From Felis catus (Eukaryota), in NCBI RefSeq assembly GCF_018350175.1, contig NC_058368.1, forward strand, positions 131,008,001 through 131,072,000: DNA of 64,000 nt, given 5' to 3'. Below are positions 14,991 through 28,544 of the stretch, piece after piece. Every line of letters begins with the position of its first letter. Position 1 is the stretch's first letter. The translations under genes and the position numbers were made by a program. The notes below the pieces were generated by a model. That model searched no databases, had not been told where the DNA came from, and saw nothing but the letters and a program-made list of their open reading frames with translations.

Positions 14991-15501
14991 GTTGGTGAAA
15001 TGTGATAAAGTCTGTCATTGATAGCAGTCATTTATCAATGTTAAACCTCCTGACTTTTGTATAGTTGCTCGTAAAAATAAACGCTGAAGAAGCAATGAGG
15101 GGTAGGGGACATGATGCAACTTACTCTCGGTTGGTTTGGAAATATCCCTATGAACATAGAAAAAGAGACAGGAGAGGGAAAGAATGGTTTAACGCCCCCC
15201 CCCCAAAAAGTCAAACAACAAGATAAAGCCAATCGGGCAAAATGTTAACCATTTGCTAATTTCAGGGAAGGGAACACAGGTGTTCCTTATGCTAGACTGC
15301 AACTTTTTGCAGAGTTTTAATTTATTTCCAAATTAAAAGCTCCAAAACTATTTTGTGACTGCCCTGCTCATGCCTGACTCTTCTACAGTACCATGTGCCC
15401 CAGAGGAAATGCATACAGGTGCACCGCCCAACCCCAAAGTTGCCCTCATCTCACTGTGCCAGCAAGAGCTGCTTTTCAATCTTGCCCATCAAGAGCTGAC
15501 A

Positions 15502-15675
15502 GGGGCGCCTGGGTGGCTCAGTCAGGTAAGCATCTGACTTTGGCTCAGGGTCACAATCTCATGGTTTGTGAGTTGGAGCCCCACATCGGGCTTTGTGCTG
15601 ACAGTGAGGAGCCTGCTTTGGATTCTCTGACTGTCCCTCTCACTCTCTCAAAAATAAATAAACATTTTTTAAAAA
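15502..15675 (+). mobile_element. CanSINE
   Basis: GGGGCGCCTGGGTGGCTCAGTC head and AATAAATAAAC tail. Confidence 0.9.
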
Positions 15676-17216
15676 GTCATCTGAGGGTCTCCATTCCCGG
15701 TAATCTCCAGGGAGCACATGTCACGCCCTCCAAAGACCTCACTTAGCTAACAGCAGAGGTAAGTTACTGTAGCCCATCAAGCAGTCACCTGAAGAATCCA
15801 AGGTCAAGTCCTGTGTCTCCAATGGACTCAGTTAGTTGCAAGTGGGAGACAGAGGGTATAAATGAAGGCCACGATACACTCTACTGTTACAAATTCCCCT
15901 TAGAATGAATCTCAAATCCTCTACAGAGGTTCCTGGAGATGATGTACCCTGGAAAAATTTGGTCCAGCTCCACAGTGCTTGCATGAATACATCTAACTCC
16001 TTTCCTCAAATGGAGCTTTGACAAAAATTCAACCAAAGTCAACAGGGAAAATCCTACTCCACACTTTGTTCCACATATAAGACTTTAGTGGTAGAAATAT
16101 TTATAAAGATATTTTGTGCTTTCTTTTCATCTCTGAGGAATAATAGAATGAATGAGAGCTACTTGACTGTTACTCCAAATTTTCTTTCTCCATGTTTCAA
16201 GAAGGTAGGTAGGTCTTTCTCTTATTTTGGTGATGTGAAGACTACCTCCTTTCCTGGCTCTCCTTTGTGTGAGCCTGAGCTCACTGATGGGATTAAGGAA
16301 GAAACAGGGCAAGGGATGAGAAACTTTGATGGAGCAAATAAATGAACACAGAAAGAGATATAGACGATATCCCCACCCCACCCCCAAATCTGGAATAATA
16401 TCTATTTCTCAGGGTCCTAAAAGTAGTAGAGACTTACATCTGCTTGCCTCATCAACCCCTAGGAAAGTTCCAGGACTGCAGAAGGAAGGGTTGCAGGATG
16501 AACGTAGACAAATTGGCCTCAAGGGACCAAAGCTCCCAGCCTCATCTAAAAAAGCTGTACGTTCTCCTTTGGGCACCAAAACATCAGTCATGTGCTCATC
16601 ATTAACTACATGGGCTTGGACAAAAATAACAGCAGTAACCTTGAAGCATTGAAAACTAGAGATACTTTATCTGACTACTTGATCAAGTTCTTGGGTAACA
16701 GCACAGGCGTAAAAGACTGAAATAGAATTTCAGTCCCTTAAAATTTAAGACCCTTAAAAGATAGAGATTAAAGTTCCCAACCAGACCATCAGGATCGAGT
16801 TTCAAATTTATGTTTATTTGATTTAAATAAAAGGTGCCAAATCTTGTATACCTAAGTTTGTGAGATCATTCATGCCAGTGACACTTTTAGAATTATTAGA
16901 AAAAAAAAAAGATACTTCCTTTTTGGTGATGAAGTATTTGCTGGGACTCAGTACTCAGTCACATTAAATAGACATTTTGAAATATGTCAGCACATACCAT
17001 CATGCTAGCACTACAATAAATGTCATTACCCTTCTGGGGAGTAAAACTGGAGATACAAAAAATATGATTTCTTATATAGATATTGCCAAATGTGTTAATC
17101 TTGTAATGAATCTGTGTGCCTAGTTATAGAAGGGCTAGTCTCCTTTGGTCTTCCTAGTGCATGTCATTCTCTATGTCATTTGGAGCCTTAAGTTTGATTA
17201 AAAGTCTATGGGCAGG

Positions 17217-18112
17217 CTGGGCTCACCGCACGTCCTGCTGATCACTTGGATTCCACCTACACCTGGCTAAATAACCCAGAAAACTGCCAGAGGATTAGCA
17301 GAACGGAGTCTCCAGAGCCAAGCGCAGATGAGAGGCCCACGGAAGAGGGTAGGAAGGGCGGCGAGGCGGTGCACGCTCCACGGACTGGCGGGAGGGAGCC
17401 GGGGCAGAGGAGCGGCTCGCCGGCCAAGCAGAGCCACCGAGTCTGGCTGGCAAAAGCGGAGGGGCCTGAGGGACTGTGTTCCGACAGCAAGCGCGACTTA
17501 GCGTCTGGGAGGTCATAAGTTAACAGCTCTGCTCGGAAAGCGGGAAGGCTGGAGGACAAAGGGAGGGAGAGCTGCTGAGCCCCCTGACGACAGAGCTCAG
17601 CTTGGTGGGGAACAAAGGCGCTCGCCAGCGCCATCTCCCCCGCCCATCCCCCAGCCAAAATCCCAAAGAGAACCAGTTCCTGCCAGGGAACTTGCTGGCT
17701 CCGCGCAAACACCCAACTCTGTGCTTCTGCGGAGCCAAACCTCCGGCAGCGGATCTGACTCCCTCCCGCTGCCACAGGGCCCCTCCTGAAGTGGATCACC
17801 TAAGGAGAAGCGATCTAAGCCTGCCCCTCCTGCCCCCGTGCACCTTGCCTACCCACCCCAGCTAATACGCCAGATCCCCAGCATCACAAGCCTGGCAGTG
17901 TGCAAGTAGCCCAGACGGGCCACACCACCCCACAGTGAATCCCGCCCCTAGGAGAGGGGAAGAGAAGGCACACACCAGTCTGACTGTGGCCCCAGCGGTG
18001 GGCTGGGGGCAGACATCAGGTCTGACTGCGGCCCCGCCCACCAACTCCAGTTATACACCACAGCACAGGGGAAGTGCCCTGCAGGTCCTCACCACGCCAG
18101 GGACTATCCAAA
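17217..18112 (+). promoter_or_regulatory. CpG-rich L1 5'UTR (internal promoter)
   Basis: GC/CpG-rich segment between the 5' TSD and the ORF1 ATG at 18113; L1 5'UTRs are known to contain the internal promoter. Confidence 0.8.
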
Positions 18113-19006
18113 ATGACCAAGCGGAAGAATTCCCCTCAGAAGAATCTCCAGGAAATAACAACAGCTAATGAGCTGATCAAAAAGGATTTAAATGATATAA
18201 CAGAAAGTGAATTTAGAATAATAGTCATAAAATTAATCGCTGGGCTTGAAAACAGTATACAGGACAGCAGAGAATCTCTTGCTACAGAGATCAAGGGACT
18301 AAGGAACAGTCACGAGGAGCTGAAAAACGCATTAAATGAAATGCAAAACAAAATGGAAACCACCACGGCTCGGCTTGAAGAGGCAGAGGAGAGAATAGGT
18401 GAACTAGAAGATAAAGTTATGGAAAAAGAGGAAGCTGAGAAAAAGAGAGATAAAAAAATCCAGGAGTATGAGGGGAAAATCAGAGAACTAAGTGATACAC
18501 TAAAAAGAAATAATATACGCATAATTGGTATCCCAGAGGAGGAAGAGAGAGGGAAAGGTGCTGAAGGGGTACTTGAAGAAATCATAGCTGAGAACTTCCC
18601 TGAACTGGGGAAGGAAAAAGGCATTGAAATCCAAGAGGCACAGAGAACTCCCTTCAGACGTAACTTGAATTGATCTTCTGCACGACATATCATAGTGAAA
18701 CTGGCAAAATACAAGGATAAAGAGAAAATTCTGAAAGCAGCAAGGGGTAAACATGCCCTCACATATAAAGGGAGACCTATAAGACTCGTGACTGATCTCT
18801 CTTTTGAAACTTGGCAGGCCAGAAAGAATTGGCACGAGATTTTCAGGGTGCTAGACAGAAAAAATATGCAGCCGAGAATCCTTTATCCAGCAAGTCTGTC
18901 ATTTAGAATAGAAGGAGAGATAAAGGTCTTCCCAAACAAACAAAAACTGAAAGAATTTGTCACCACTAAACCAGCCCTACAAGAGATCCTAAGGGGGACC
19001 CTGTGA
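18113..19006 (+). pseudogene. L1 ORF1p (coiled coil, RRM, CTD); 297 codons with one in-frame stop
   Basis: MTKRKNSPQ... through ...PALQEILRGTL in a single frame, interrupted only by TGA at 18671-18673 (likely CGA>TGA). Confidence 0.95.
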
Positions 19007-19056
19007 GACAAAGTCCCAGAGACATCACTACAAGCATAAAACATACAGACATCACA

Positions 19057-22000
19057 ATGACTCTAAACCCGTATCTTTCTATAATAACACTGAATGTAAA
19101 TGGATTAAATGCGCCAACCAAAAGACATAGGGTATCAGAATGGATAAAAAAACAAGACTCATCTATTTGCTGTCTACAAGAGACTCATTTTAGACCTGAG
19201 GACACCTTTAGATTGAGAGTGAGAGGATGGAGAACTATTTATCATGCGACTGGAAGCCAAAAGAAAGCTGGAGTAGCCATACTTATATCAGACAAACTAG
19301 ACTTTAAATTAAAGGCTGTAACAAGAGATGAAGAAGGACATTATATAATAGTTACAGGTCTATTCATCAGGAAGAGCTAACAATTATAAATGTCTATGCG
19401 CCGAATACCGGAGCCCCCAAATATATAAAACAATTACTCATAAACATAAGCAACCTTATTGATAAGAATGTGGTAATTGCAGGGGACTTTAACACCCCAC
19501 TTACAGAAATGGATAGATCATCTAGACACACGGTCATTAAAGAAACAAGGGCCCTGAATGAGACATTGGATCAGATGGACTTGACAGATATATTTAGAAC
19601 TCTACATCCCAAAGCAACAGAATATACTTTCTTCTCGAGTGCACATGGAACATTCTCCAAGATAGATCATATACTGGGTCACAAAACAGCCCTTCATAAG
19701 TTTACAAGAATTGAAATTATACCATGCATACTTTCAGACCACAATCCTATGAAGCTTGAAATCAACCACAGAAAAAAGTCTGGAAAACCTCCAAAAGCAT
19801 GGAGGTTAAAGAACACCCTACTAACGAATGAGTGGGTCAACCAGGCAATTAGAGAAGAAATTAAAAAATATATGGAAACAAACGAAAATGAAAATACAAC
19901 AATCCAAACGCTTTGGGACGCAGCGAAGGCAGTCCTGAGAGGAAAATACATTGCAATCCAGGCCTATCTCAAGAAACAAGAAAAATCCCAAATACAAAAT
20001 CTAACAGCACACCTAAAGGAACTAGAAGCAGAACAGCAAAGGCAGCCTAAACCCAGCAGAAGAAGAGAAATAATAAAGATCAGAGCAGAAATAAACAATA
20101 TAGAATCTAAAAAAACTGTAGAGCAAATCAACGAAACCAAGAGTTGGTTTTTTGAAAAAATAAACAAAATTGACAAACCTCTAGCCAGGATTCTCAAAAA
20201 GAAAAGGGAGATAACCCAAAGAGATAAAATCATGAATGAAAATGGAATTATTACAACCAATCCCTCAGAGATACAAACAATTATCAGGGAATACTATGAA
20301 AAATTATATGCCAACAAATTGGACAACCTGGAAGAAATGGACCAATTCCTGAACACCCACACTCTTCCAAAACTCAATCAGGAGGAAATAGAAAGCTTGA
20401 ACAGACCCATAACCAGCGAAGAAATTGAATCGGTTATCAAAAATCTCCCAACACATAAGAGTCCAGGACCAGATGGCTTCCCAGGGGAGTTCTACCAGAC
20501 GTTTAAAGCAGAGATAATACCTATCCTTCTCAAGCTATTCCAAGAAATAGAAAGGGAAGGAAAACTTCCAGACTCATTCTATGAAGCCAGTATTACTTTA
20601 ATTCCTAAACCAGACAGAGACCCAGTAAAAAAAGAGAACTACAGGCCAATATCCCTGATGAATATGGATGCAAAAATTCTCAATAAGATACTAGCAAATC
20701 GAATTCAACGGCATATAAAAAGAATTATTCACCATGATCAAGTGGGATTCATTCCTGGGATGCAGGGCTGGTTCAACATTTGCAAATCAATCAACGTGAT
20801 ACATCACATTAACAACAAAAAAAGAGAAGAACCATATGATCCTGTCAATCGATGCAGAAAAGGCCTTTGACAAAATCCAGCACCCTTTCTTAATAAAAAC
20901 CCTTGAGACAGTCGGGATAGAAGGAACATACTTAAAGATCATAAAAGCCATTTATGAAGCCCACAGCTAACATCATCCTCAACGGGAAAAAACTGAGAGC
21001 TTTTTCCCTGAGATCAGGAACACGACAGGGATGCCCACTCTCACCGCTGTTGTTTAACATAGTGCTGGAAGTTCTAGCATCAGCAATCAGACAACAAAAG
21101 GAAATCAAAGGCATCAAAATTGGCAAAGAGGAAGTCAAGCTTTTGCTTTTTGCAGATGACATGATATTATACATGGAAAATCCGATAGACTCCACCAAAA
21201 GTCTGCTAGAACTGATACAGGAATTCAGCAAAGTTGCAGGATACAAAATCAATGTACAGAAATCAGTTGCATTCTTATACACTAACAATGAAGCAACAGA
21301 AAGACAAATAAAGAAACTGATCCCATTCACAATTGCACCAAGAAGCATAAAATACCTAGGAATAAATCTAACCAAAGATGTAAAGGATCTGTATGCTGAA
21401 AACTATAGAAAGCTTATGAAGGAAATTGAAGAAGATTTAAAGAAATGGAAAGACATTCCCTGCTCATGGATTGGAAAAATAAATATTGTCAAAATGTCAA
21501 TACTACCCAAAGCTATCTACACATTCAATGCAATCCCAATCAAAATTGCACCAGCATTCTTCTCGAAACTACAACAAGCAATCCTAAAATTCATATGGAA
21601 CCACAAAAGGCCCCGAATAGCCAAAGGAATTTTGAAGAAGAAGACCAAAGCAGGAGGCATCACAATCCCAGACTTTAGCCTCTACTACAAAGCTGTCATC
21701 ATCAAGACAGCATGGTATTGGCACAGAAACAGACACATAGACCAATGGAATAGAATAGAAACCCCAGAACTAGACCCACAAACGTATGGCCAACTCATCT
21801 TTGACAAAGCAGGAAAGAACATCCACTGGAAAAAAGACAGCCTCTTTAACAAATGGTGCTGGGAAAACTGGACAGCAACATGCAGAAGGTTGAAACTAGA
21901 CCACTTTCTCACGCCATTCACAAAAATAAACTCAAAATGGATAAAGGACCTAAATGTGAGACAGGAAACCATCAAAACCTTAGAGGAGAAAGCAGGAAAA

Positions 22001-22879
22001 GACCTCTCTGACCTCAGCCATAGCAATCTCTTACTCGACACATCCCCAAAGGCAAGGGAATTAAAAGTAAAAGTGAATTACTGGGACTTTATGAGGATAA
22101 AAAGCTTCTGCACAGCAAAGGAAACAACCAACAAAACTAAAAGGCAACCAACGGAATGGGAAAAGATATTCGCAAATGACCTATCGGACAAAGGGCTAGT
22201 ATCCAAAATCTATAAAGAGCTCACCAAACTCCACACCCGAAAAACAAATAACCCAGTGAAGAAATGGGCAGAAAACATGAATAGACACTTCTCTAAAGAA
22301 GACATCCGGATGGCCAACAGGCACATGAAAAGATGTTCAGCGTCGCTCCTTATCAGGGAAATACAAATCAAAACCACACTCAGGTATCACCTCACGCCAG
22401 TCAGAGTGGCCAAAATGAACAAATCAGGAGACTCTAGATGCTGGAGAGGGTGTGGAGAAACGGGAACCCTCTTGCACTGTTGGTGGGAATGCAAATTGGT
22501 GCAGCCGCTCTGGAAAGCAGTGTGGAGGTTCCTCAGAAAATTAAAAATAGACCTACCCTATGACCCAGCAATAGCACTGCTAGGAATTTATCCAAGGGAT
22601 ACAGGAGTACTGATGCATAGGGCCACTTGTACCCCAATGTTCATAGCAGCACTCTCAACAATAGCCAAATTATGGAAAGAGCCTAAATGTCCATCAACTG
22701 ATGAATGGATAAAGAAATTGTGGTTTACATACACAATGGAATACTACGTGACAATGAGAAAAAATGAAATATGGCCTTTTGTAGCAACGTGGATGGAACT
22801 GGAGAGTGGGATGCTAAGTGAAATAAGCCATACAGAGAAAGACAGATCCCATATGGTTTCACTCTTATGTGGATCCTGA
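19057..22879 (+). pseudogene. L1 ORF2p (endonuclease, reverse transcriptase, C-terminal Cys-rich domain), three frameshifts
   Basis: EN motifs (TLNVNGLN, CLQETH, GDFNTPL, SDH), RT motifs ([12 protein letters not shown]) and the HCWWEC motif; frameshifts near 19357, 20816-20823 (A-run) and 20957. Confidence 0.97.
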
Positions 22880-24284
22880 GAAACTTAACAGGAACCCATG
22901 GGGGAGGGGAAGGAAAAAAAAAAAAAAAAAGAGGTTAGAGTGGGAGAGAGCCAAAGCATGAGAGACTGTTAAAAACTGAGAACAAACTGAGGGTTGATGG
23001 GGGTGGGAGGGAGGAGAGGGTGGGTGATGGGTATTGAGGAGGGCACCTTTTGGGATGAGCACTGGGTGTTGTATGGAAACCAATTTGTCAATAAATTTCA
23101 TATATAAAAAAAAAAGTCTATGGGCAGGTAGCTTCTATAGCAAGGTGAGTCAGCACAAGTGGCTTCAGCAATCTAAGGAGAAGCTACCCTTGGTCTTGAC
23201 GTCAGCAGCCATCTTTGAGCATCGCGAGTCTGCACAGACTGCATTAGCAGTGTCACCACTGGCTGGGCTGGCTCAGCTGATGTCAGAGACCTCCTCAACA
23301 GAGAGCAGTGCAAGTCAGAGCAGGAGAGGCAGAAAACATGCAAGATAAATGACAGGCGCCACATGGAAAACAAAATAAAAACCAATGCCTTTGAGTACAC
23401 AGGAACTGAATACAGGAAGGGAGGAATTTTGAGGCAGGCCTGGAAATTCAGGGATAGGACAGAGATGGGGTGCGGTGGAAAAGGCTGTGAAACACAGGGT
23501 ACAGTAGATTCCAAAACACAATTCTGGCCCTTTGCCTGTTGAACCTGGGCATATTTATTCCTTAATTGAGTAAGTGTAAAAGCATCGTATATCGCCTGAT
23601 CCAGAAGAAGTCCAAAGAAGTCTATGGTTATGGCCAATAGAATCATCAACAGCTTCTGTGTCTTCTGTCGGAGGCACTTAGGGGCAGTGAAGCAAAAAGA
23701 GGACAGGCAGAGAAGTCCGTGGATTTGAATTCCTGTATCAACTCTGCCATTTACTAACTAACCTTGTCCAAGTCACAGAGTCACCTTAATCTTACAAAGT
23801 TTTATTTTCTAATCTATCAAAGAGAGATAATAATAATCCTGCTAAAGTTCCAGAATTACCGTGGAACCCATGTTAATCAATGAATGTGATGTATATGTGG
23901 TATTTTCTTGTGAATGTGATGATATGTGCCCAAATCAGATTCTTACTAGGTTCCCGGAACCCAAAGCAAGAAGGAACAGAAGTTTCCTCCTACAGTAAGG
24001 GTATGGTAGTACCCCAAAGCCTAGACATCCCCTAGACCATTCTTTACACAGGGTGAGGCACAGTCGGGGATGTTCTAGGCAAGACCAAATATACAGGGTT
24101 TCTCCAAGTCAACCCACACTGGAAGTGAAATCCACAAGATTCTTGAGAGCCAAGGGTCTAACAGAAGAATCTGTTTAGAAAATAATGGATAGCTATTGTC
24201 ATGAGTACAAGAATTCAATTGAGACTCTGAGGGTGTGCTTCCTAATTTACTATCAACTTAAATTTATGAATAATAGCGAGGTTT

Positions 24285-24468
24285 GGAGCACCTGGGCGGC
24301 CCTATGGGTTGAGAGTCCCGAGTCTGGATTTCAGCTCAGGTCGTGATCCCAGGGTTGTGGAATCAAGCCCCTTGTTGGGATCTATGTGGAGCATGGAGCC
24401 TGCTTGAGATTCTCTCTCCCTTTCTCTCTCTTTGTCTCTCTCCTTCTGCCCCTCTCCCCCACTCACAT

Positions 24469-24514
<46 letters not shown>

Positions 24515-24545
24515 TCTCTCTCCTCTCTAAAAATAAAAATGAAAA
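24285..24545 (+). mobile_element. CanSINE with expanded (CT)n
   Basis: Diverged SINE head, long CT tract at ~24471-24511, A-rich tail. Confidence 0.88.
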
Positions 24546-25799
24546 AATTGCAAGGTGATTTTCAGCAGAGATGCTTCCCACATCCCCAAACCCTTCACAA
24601 ACCCTCTTGTGAGCCTCCTAAGTGCTATTTCTTTTTGTCAGTATTCAGGGGGAACCCTATTGAATCTCTTCAGTCTCTAGCCCTGTCTACCTGATGGCAC
24701 CAATGATGCAAAGAAACAGAATCAGAGATATGAGCTGCTCTCCTAGAGAAGCCCTGGAGGGACACTTCTGCCCTGCCTTTAATATTGCTTATCCAGGAGC
24801 TGATCTTATCACCAGAGGAAAGAGTCACAGGATACTTTCCCCAGTAGTTTGTCAGTGTCAGCAGGCATTGGGTTGCCAGCAATAAGGAGCTTTACTCCTG
24901 CTTTCTCTATTTCTCTGTTTCATTCTTAATATAATTCAACAGTACCCCTCCCACCCAGTGACTCTGAGGCACACACAATAATCTGATTGGTAAATCCCAG
25001 GATTTCAATCCTCTCCTCCATTTTCTAACTGCGAGTTTCAAAAACAAATTTTACGTCATTAAGGAAGTTAGTAGCAAAATTTCGGCTGCTTAGATTCCAT
25101 TCGGAAAATATATATTCACAGTTCTTAAACGGTGGGAAATAAACGTTCCTCATGCTTCTCAGACTTTCCTTTTCTGTGGCTACTACCACAGGCCGTGTTT
25201 TTTAATTGGAGATTAGGGGCACACGCTAAACCAGGGCTCCAGGTTTTAACTAGACTGTCACGTATGGGTTATGAGAATAGGTTCTCATGAGCCCTTATCA
25301 AAACAATCTGTGACCTCCATTATCCGTTTTCACCATAAGACACGAATTATCTATGACCATCAGTTCAGCTTCTAGTGAAAAGCATGGACACTAAAGTTAG
25401 GAGTGTCTAAGTCTCAATCTCATATTACACTTTCCAGCTGAAGAGCTTAGACTAGTGACTGATGTCTTTCTGTGGTCATTTCCTCATATTGCACATCTGT
25501 TGGGTGGGTCTAACAGCAGTTCCTACCTGCTAGAAAGAATGCATGTAAAGCACCGGGCACGGTGACTGTCACTTAGCAAAGTGATCACAAGCAATGGCAG
25601 AGATTATCATCACCATCATCATCAATACTAGTAACTACAAAGATAGATACAATTATAGATTATTTTATCAGAAATATCAAAAATGTATTTTAAAAGAACA
25701 TACTTTGAGTTTACAGGGTTAGCAAAACCTCTTAAAATATATTTAATGATGTCCAGAAAATGAGATTTTTGAAATGATCGCAGCTACACTTGCATGTGT

Positions 25800-26696
25800 A
25801 AGGGCAATTACAAACTAAGCATGAGAAACTTAAACCTCCTTGGTGAAAATGAAGGAAAAACACCTCTCCCCTCTTTGCCTAAAACATTTACTTGTAATTA
25901 TCAATTCTTTCTCTTTTTGAAATATGTGTAAATCTTTTAAAAGCTAAATAAACCTTGGGGTGCCTGAGTGGCTCAGTTGGTTAAGGATCTGACTTCGGCT
26001 CATGTCATGATCTCACGGTTCATGGGTTCGAGCTCCATGTTGGGCTCTTTGCTGACAGCTCAGAGCCTGGAGCCTGCTTCAGATTCTGTGCTTCTTCTCT
26101 CTCTTCTCCTCCCCTACTCATGCTGTGTCTCTCAAAAATAAATACACATTAAAAAAAATTTTTTTAAGCTAAATAAGCCTCTTGCCAGCTTCACAATCCA
26201 GGAATGTCTTTTTTAAGGGCCTGGAGACCTCCCTTTTGAAATGTAACCATCAAAAAGATAGAGCCTCTATCCTCCCTGACTTTCTTTAGGAGGGTAGGAG
26301 CTTAACTTCAGAGGGGCGCCTAACTCCATGTAGAAAAACTATCACATGTCCTAAAGGTATGAGAAGTTTATTTTCCTTTGGATAAGGCTAATTAGCAAAC
26401 ATAGATGGCAACAGTTAGGATAACAATGCATGACAAATAGCGCTCTCAAGTCCTCTGAGTTGAGAACTAGCTATTGCTCATCCTGAGAACATGTATACAA
26501 TGGCCATATCCACCTGGGTATATAAGAGGTTGAGATTCCTTTCTGTCTTTGTATTCTCTTAGTGGACTGTTTATGATGTGCATCACATTCTAGTTTAATA
26601 ATTATTCCAGAAGTCTGTTTTCTTTTTCTTATACGTTTGTGAAGAAGTTTTCTGGGTTGCAAGAAATTTTTGTTTTTAATTATATTTTCCAAAACA
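25800..26696 (+). mobile_element. ERV1-class LTR relic (MER34/MER39-like)
   Basis: Motifs TTTGAAATGTAACCATC and GGAGGGTAGGAGCTTAACTTC; TATA-like box at ~26519; family assignment from memory. Confidence 0.55.
25957..26166 (+). mobile_element. CanSINE nested in an LTR
   Basis: SINE head and tail; TSD AAGCTAAATAA(A/G)CCT. Confidence 0.93.
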
Positions 26697-26838
26697 TAGA
26701 AGTCATTTAGTAGATGGTCCCAGATGGGGAAAAAAATTCCAATACCATCTTACTCTTAAAGTATATTTGATTTCTAATTGAGAATACTAATTCTCAAACT
26801 TTATTGTCTCACCTCCATTCCTATTTGGCCCCTGACCT

Positions 26839-27726
26839 TGACAAGATTAAATTTTACCTGAGCCTGTGCTCCTGTAAAAACAAAACAACCCACAAGGACT
26901 AAGAAATCCCCCCATCCTTTGTGTTCTAAGAAATGGCTTATTTCAAAGAAGCACACTTCCCCACATGACTTAGTTGAGACCTAAGGACACTCTCTTGTTT
27001 ACTTAAAACAAAGCCAGACAGACCCTCCAAATTCCCATTCCTTTCCCCTCAAAATGATTAGTTGACCTGTTTTGTTTCTACTGATCAAATGGAACAAAAT
27101 GCTTTTTAACCAAATTTTGATTAGGATGCTCTCCTTCCCACAGGTTTCTGAACTTGGATTAACCTTCAGCCTGAGTCAAGACACATCACCTCCTGAATAA
27201 CCCCGCACTGAGAGTAGGCTCACCTCAGAGTAATGCATTCTCTGAACCACTGTCCCATCAAGGAACCTACACCTTTTCACTGCCTTCATCCCACTTCGGA
27301 CAGAAGGTGGTTTCTAGCTCTGTCTACTCCTCCTTAGTAAAGAAAATCTCTTCTTGCCACACCCTTGAGAGCATGGCAGATTTATTTCATCATCAAAGGT
27401 TCTTTTTTTTTTTTAAACGTTTTATTTATTTTTGAGACAGAGAGAGACAGAGCATGAACGGGGCAGGGGCAGAGAGAGAGGGAAACACAGAATCGGAAGC
27501 AGGCTCCAGGCTCTGAGCCATCAGCCCAGAGCCCGACACGGGGCTCGAACTCACGGACCGTGAGATCGTGACCTGAGCTGAAGTCGGACGCTCAACCGAC
27601 TGAGCCACCCAGGCGTCCTCAAAGGTTCTTTTTATTGCAAAAGTCCCCTGCCCTGTTGAAAAGAGCGCCTTTCTCTACCCTGCAATATCCTCTTTAGTAA
27701 AGTCTCTTCTAAATCTGGATTTGACA
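26839..27726 (+). mobile_element. LTR relic (ERV1-like), containing a SINE
   Basis: TG...CA ends, AGTAAA poly(A)-like signal near the 3' end, LTR-like composition. Confidence 0.5.
27403..27618 (-). mobile_element. Young CanSINE nested in an LTR
   Basis: CpG-rich reverse SINE; TSD TCAAAGGTTCTTTT. Confidence 0.95.
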
Positions 27727-27789
27727 ATTTCTTCCTCAAATAATTCATGTTCCACCTTAAAAAGAAGCAAGCAAACAAAAACTAGTGTT

Positions 27790-28062
27790 GGATCTTCCTG
27801 TTGGATTGTCCTCTTTATTATGATTTAGTGCCCTTCATCACCTCTTGTTATAGTCTTTGTTTTAAAGTCTAGTTTGTCTGATAGAAGTATTGCTACTCCA
27901 GCTTTCTTGTGACATCCATTTGCATGATAAATGTTTCTCCTTCCCCTTACTTTCCACCTGAAGGTGTCTTTAGGTCTAAAAGGAGTCTCTTGTTGGCAGC
28001 TTATCGATGGATTTTTTTTTTAATCTATTCTGACATCCTACGTCTTTCAGTTGGAGCATTTA
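27790..28062 (-). mobile_element. Isolated internal L1 ORF2 endonuclease-region fragment
   Basis: Reverse complement aligns by eye to ~19098-19375 of the young L1 (...KKAGVAIL.SDKLDFK...). Confidence 0.85.
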
Positions 28063-28544
28063 CTACAAAACCTTTGTTGACTGATCTACGTCAAAATAAA
28101 CGGATCCAATATGCATTTATTTGCAAAATAAAATTGAAATGTAATTGTCATTCAACTTTTGAAAATTCACTTCGATTGTTATGATTTTTTGTTTTTTGTT
28201 TTTTGAAACAAAAGTTTGTAATAAAAGATAAATTAGTCACATGTCTTTTCTGGACATGTCTTATCCAAACTGAAAAAATCCTACTTGTAGCCGTTATTGA
28301 GGCTATTCCATTTTCTTCATAGATGTAATGAATTTATTGAGTTGAACACTAAGTAATGGATATATTCAATCTTATAAAACCAAATAAAATAACTAATTTG
28401 GTTTCCAAAACACTGATTTTTTAATACATTTTCTACATGTAGGTAAATACCTCACTACAGAAAACCCATCAACCTTATTTCATACTGAAAAGTGGAACTG
28501 TATCTTCAATACCAAAGAAAACATAGATAAGGAAGAATTTTAGA

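Larger units (their letters stand above)
17217..23111 (+). mobile_element. Near full-length young felid LINE-1 (L1_Fc-like): 5'UTR, ORF1, ORF2, 3'UTR, short poly(A)
   Basis: Perfect 17-bp TSD AAAAGTCTATGGGCAGG at 17200-17216 and 23112-23128; TT/AAAA target site; AATAAA at 23090-23095 followed by an A-tail; L1 ORF1 and ORF2 translations in between. Confidence 0.98.

Noticed and set aside
17257..17799. 180-aa antisense ORF in the L1 5'UTR (ORF0-like?)
   Set aside because: It starts at GTG, and long ORFs are expected in GC-rich sequence; no recognisable homology.
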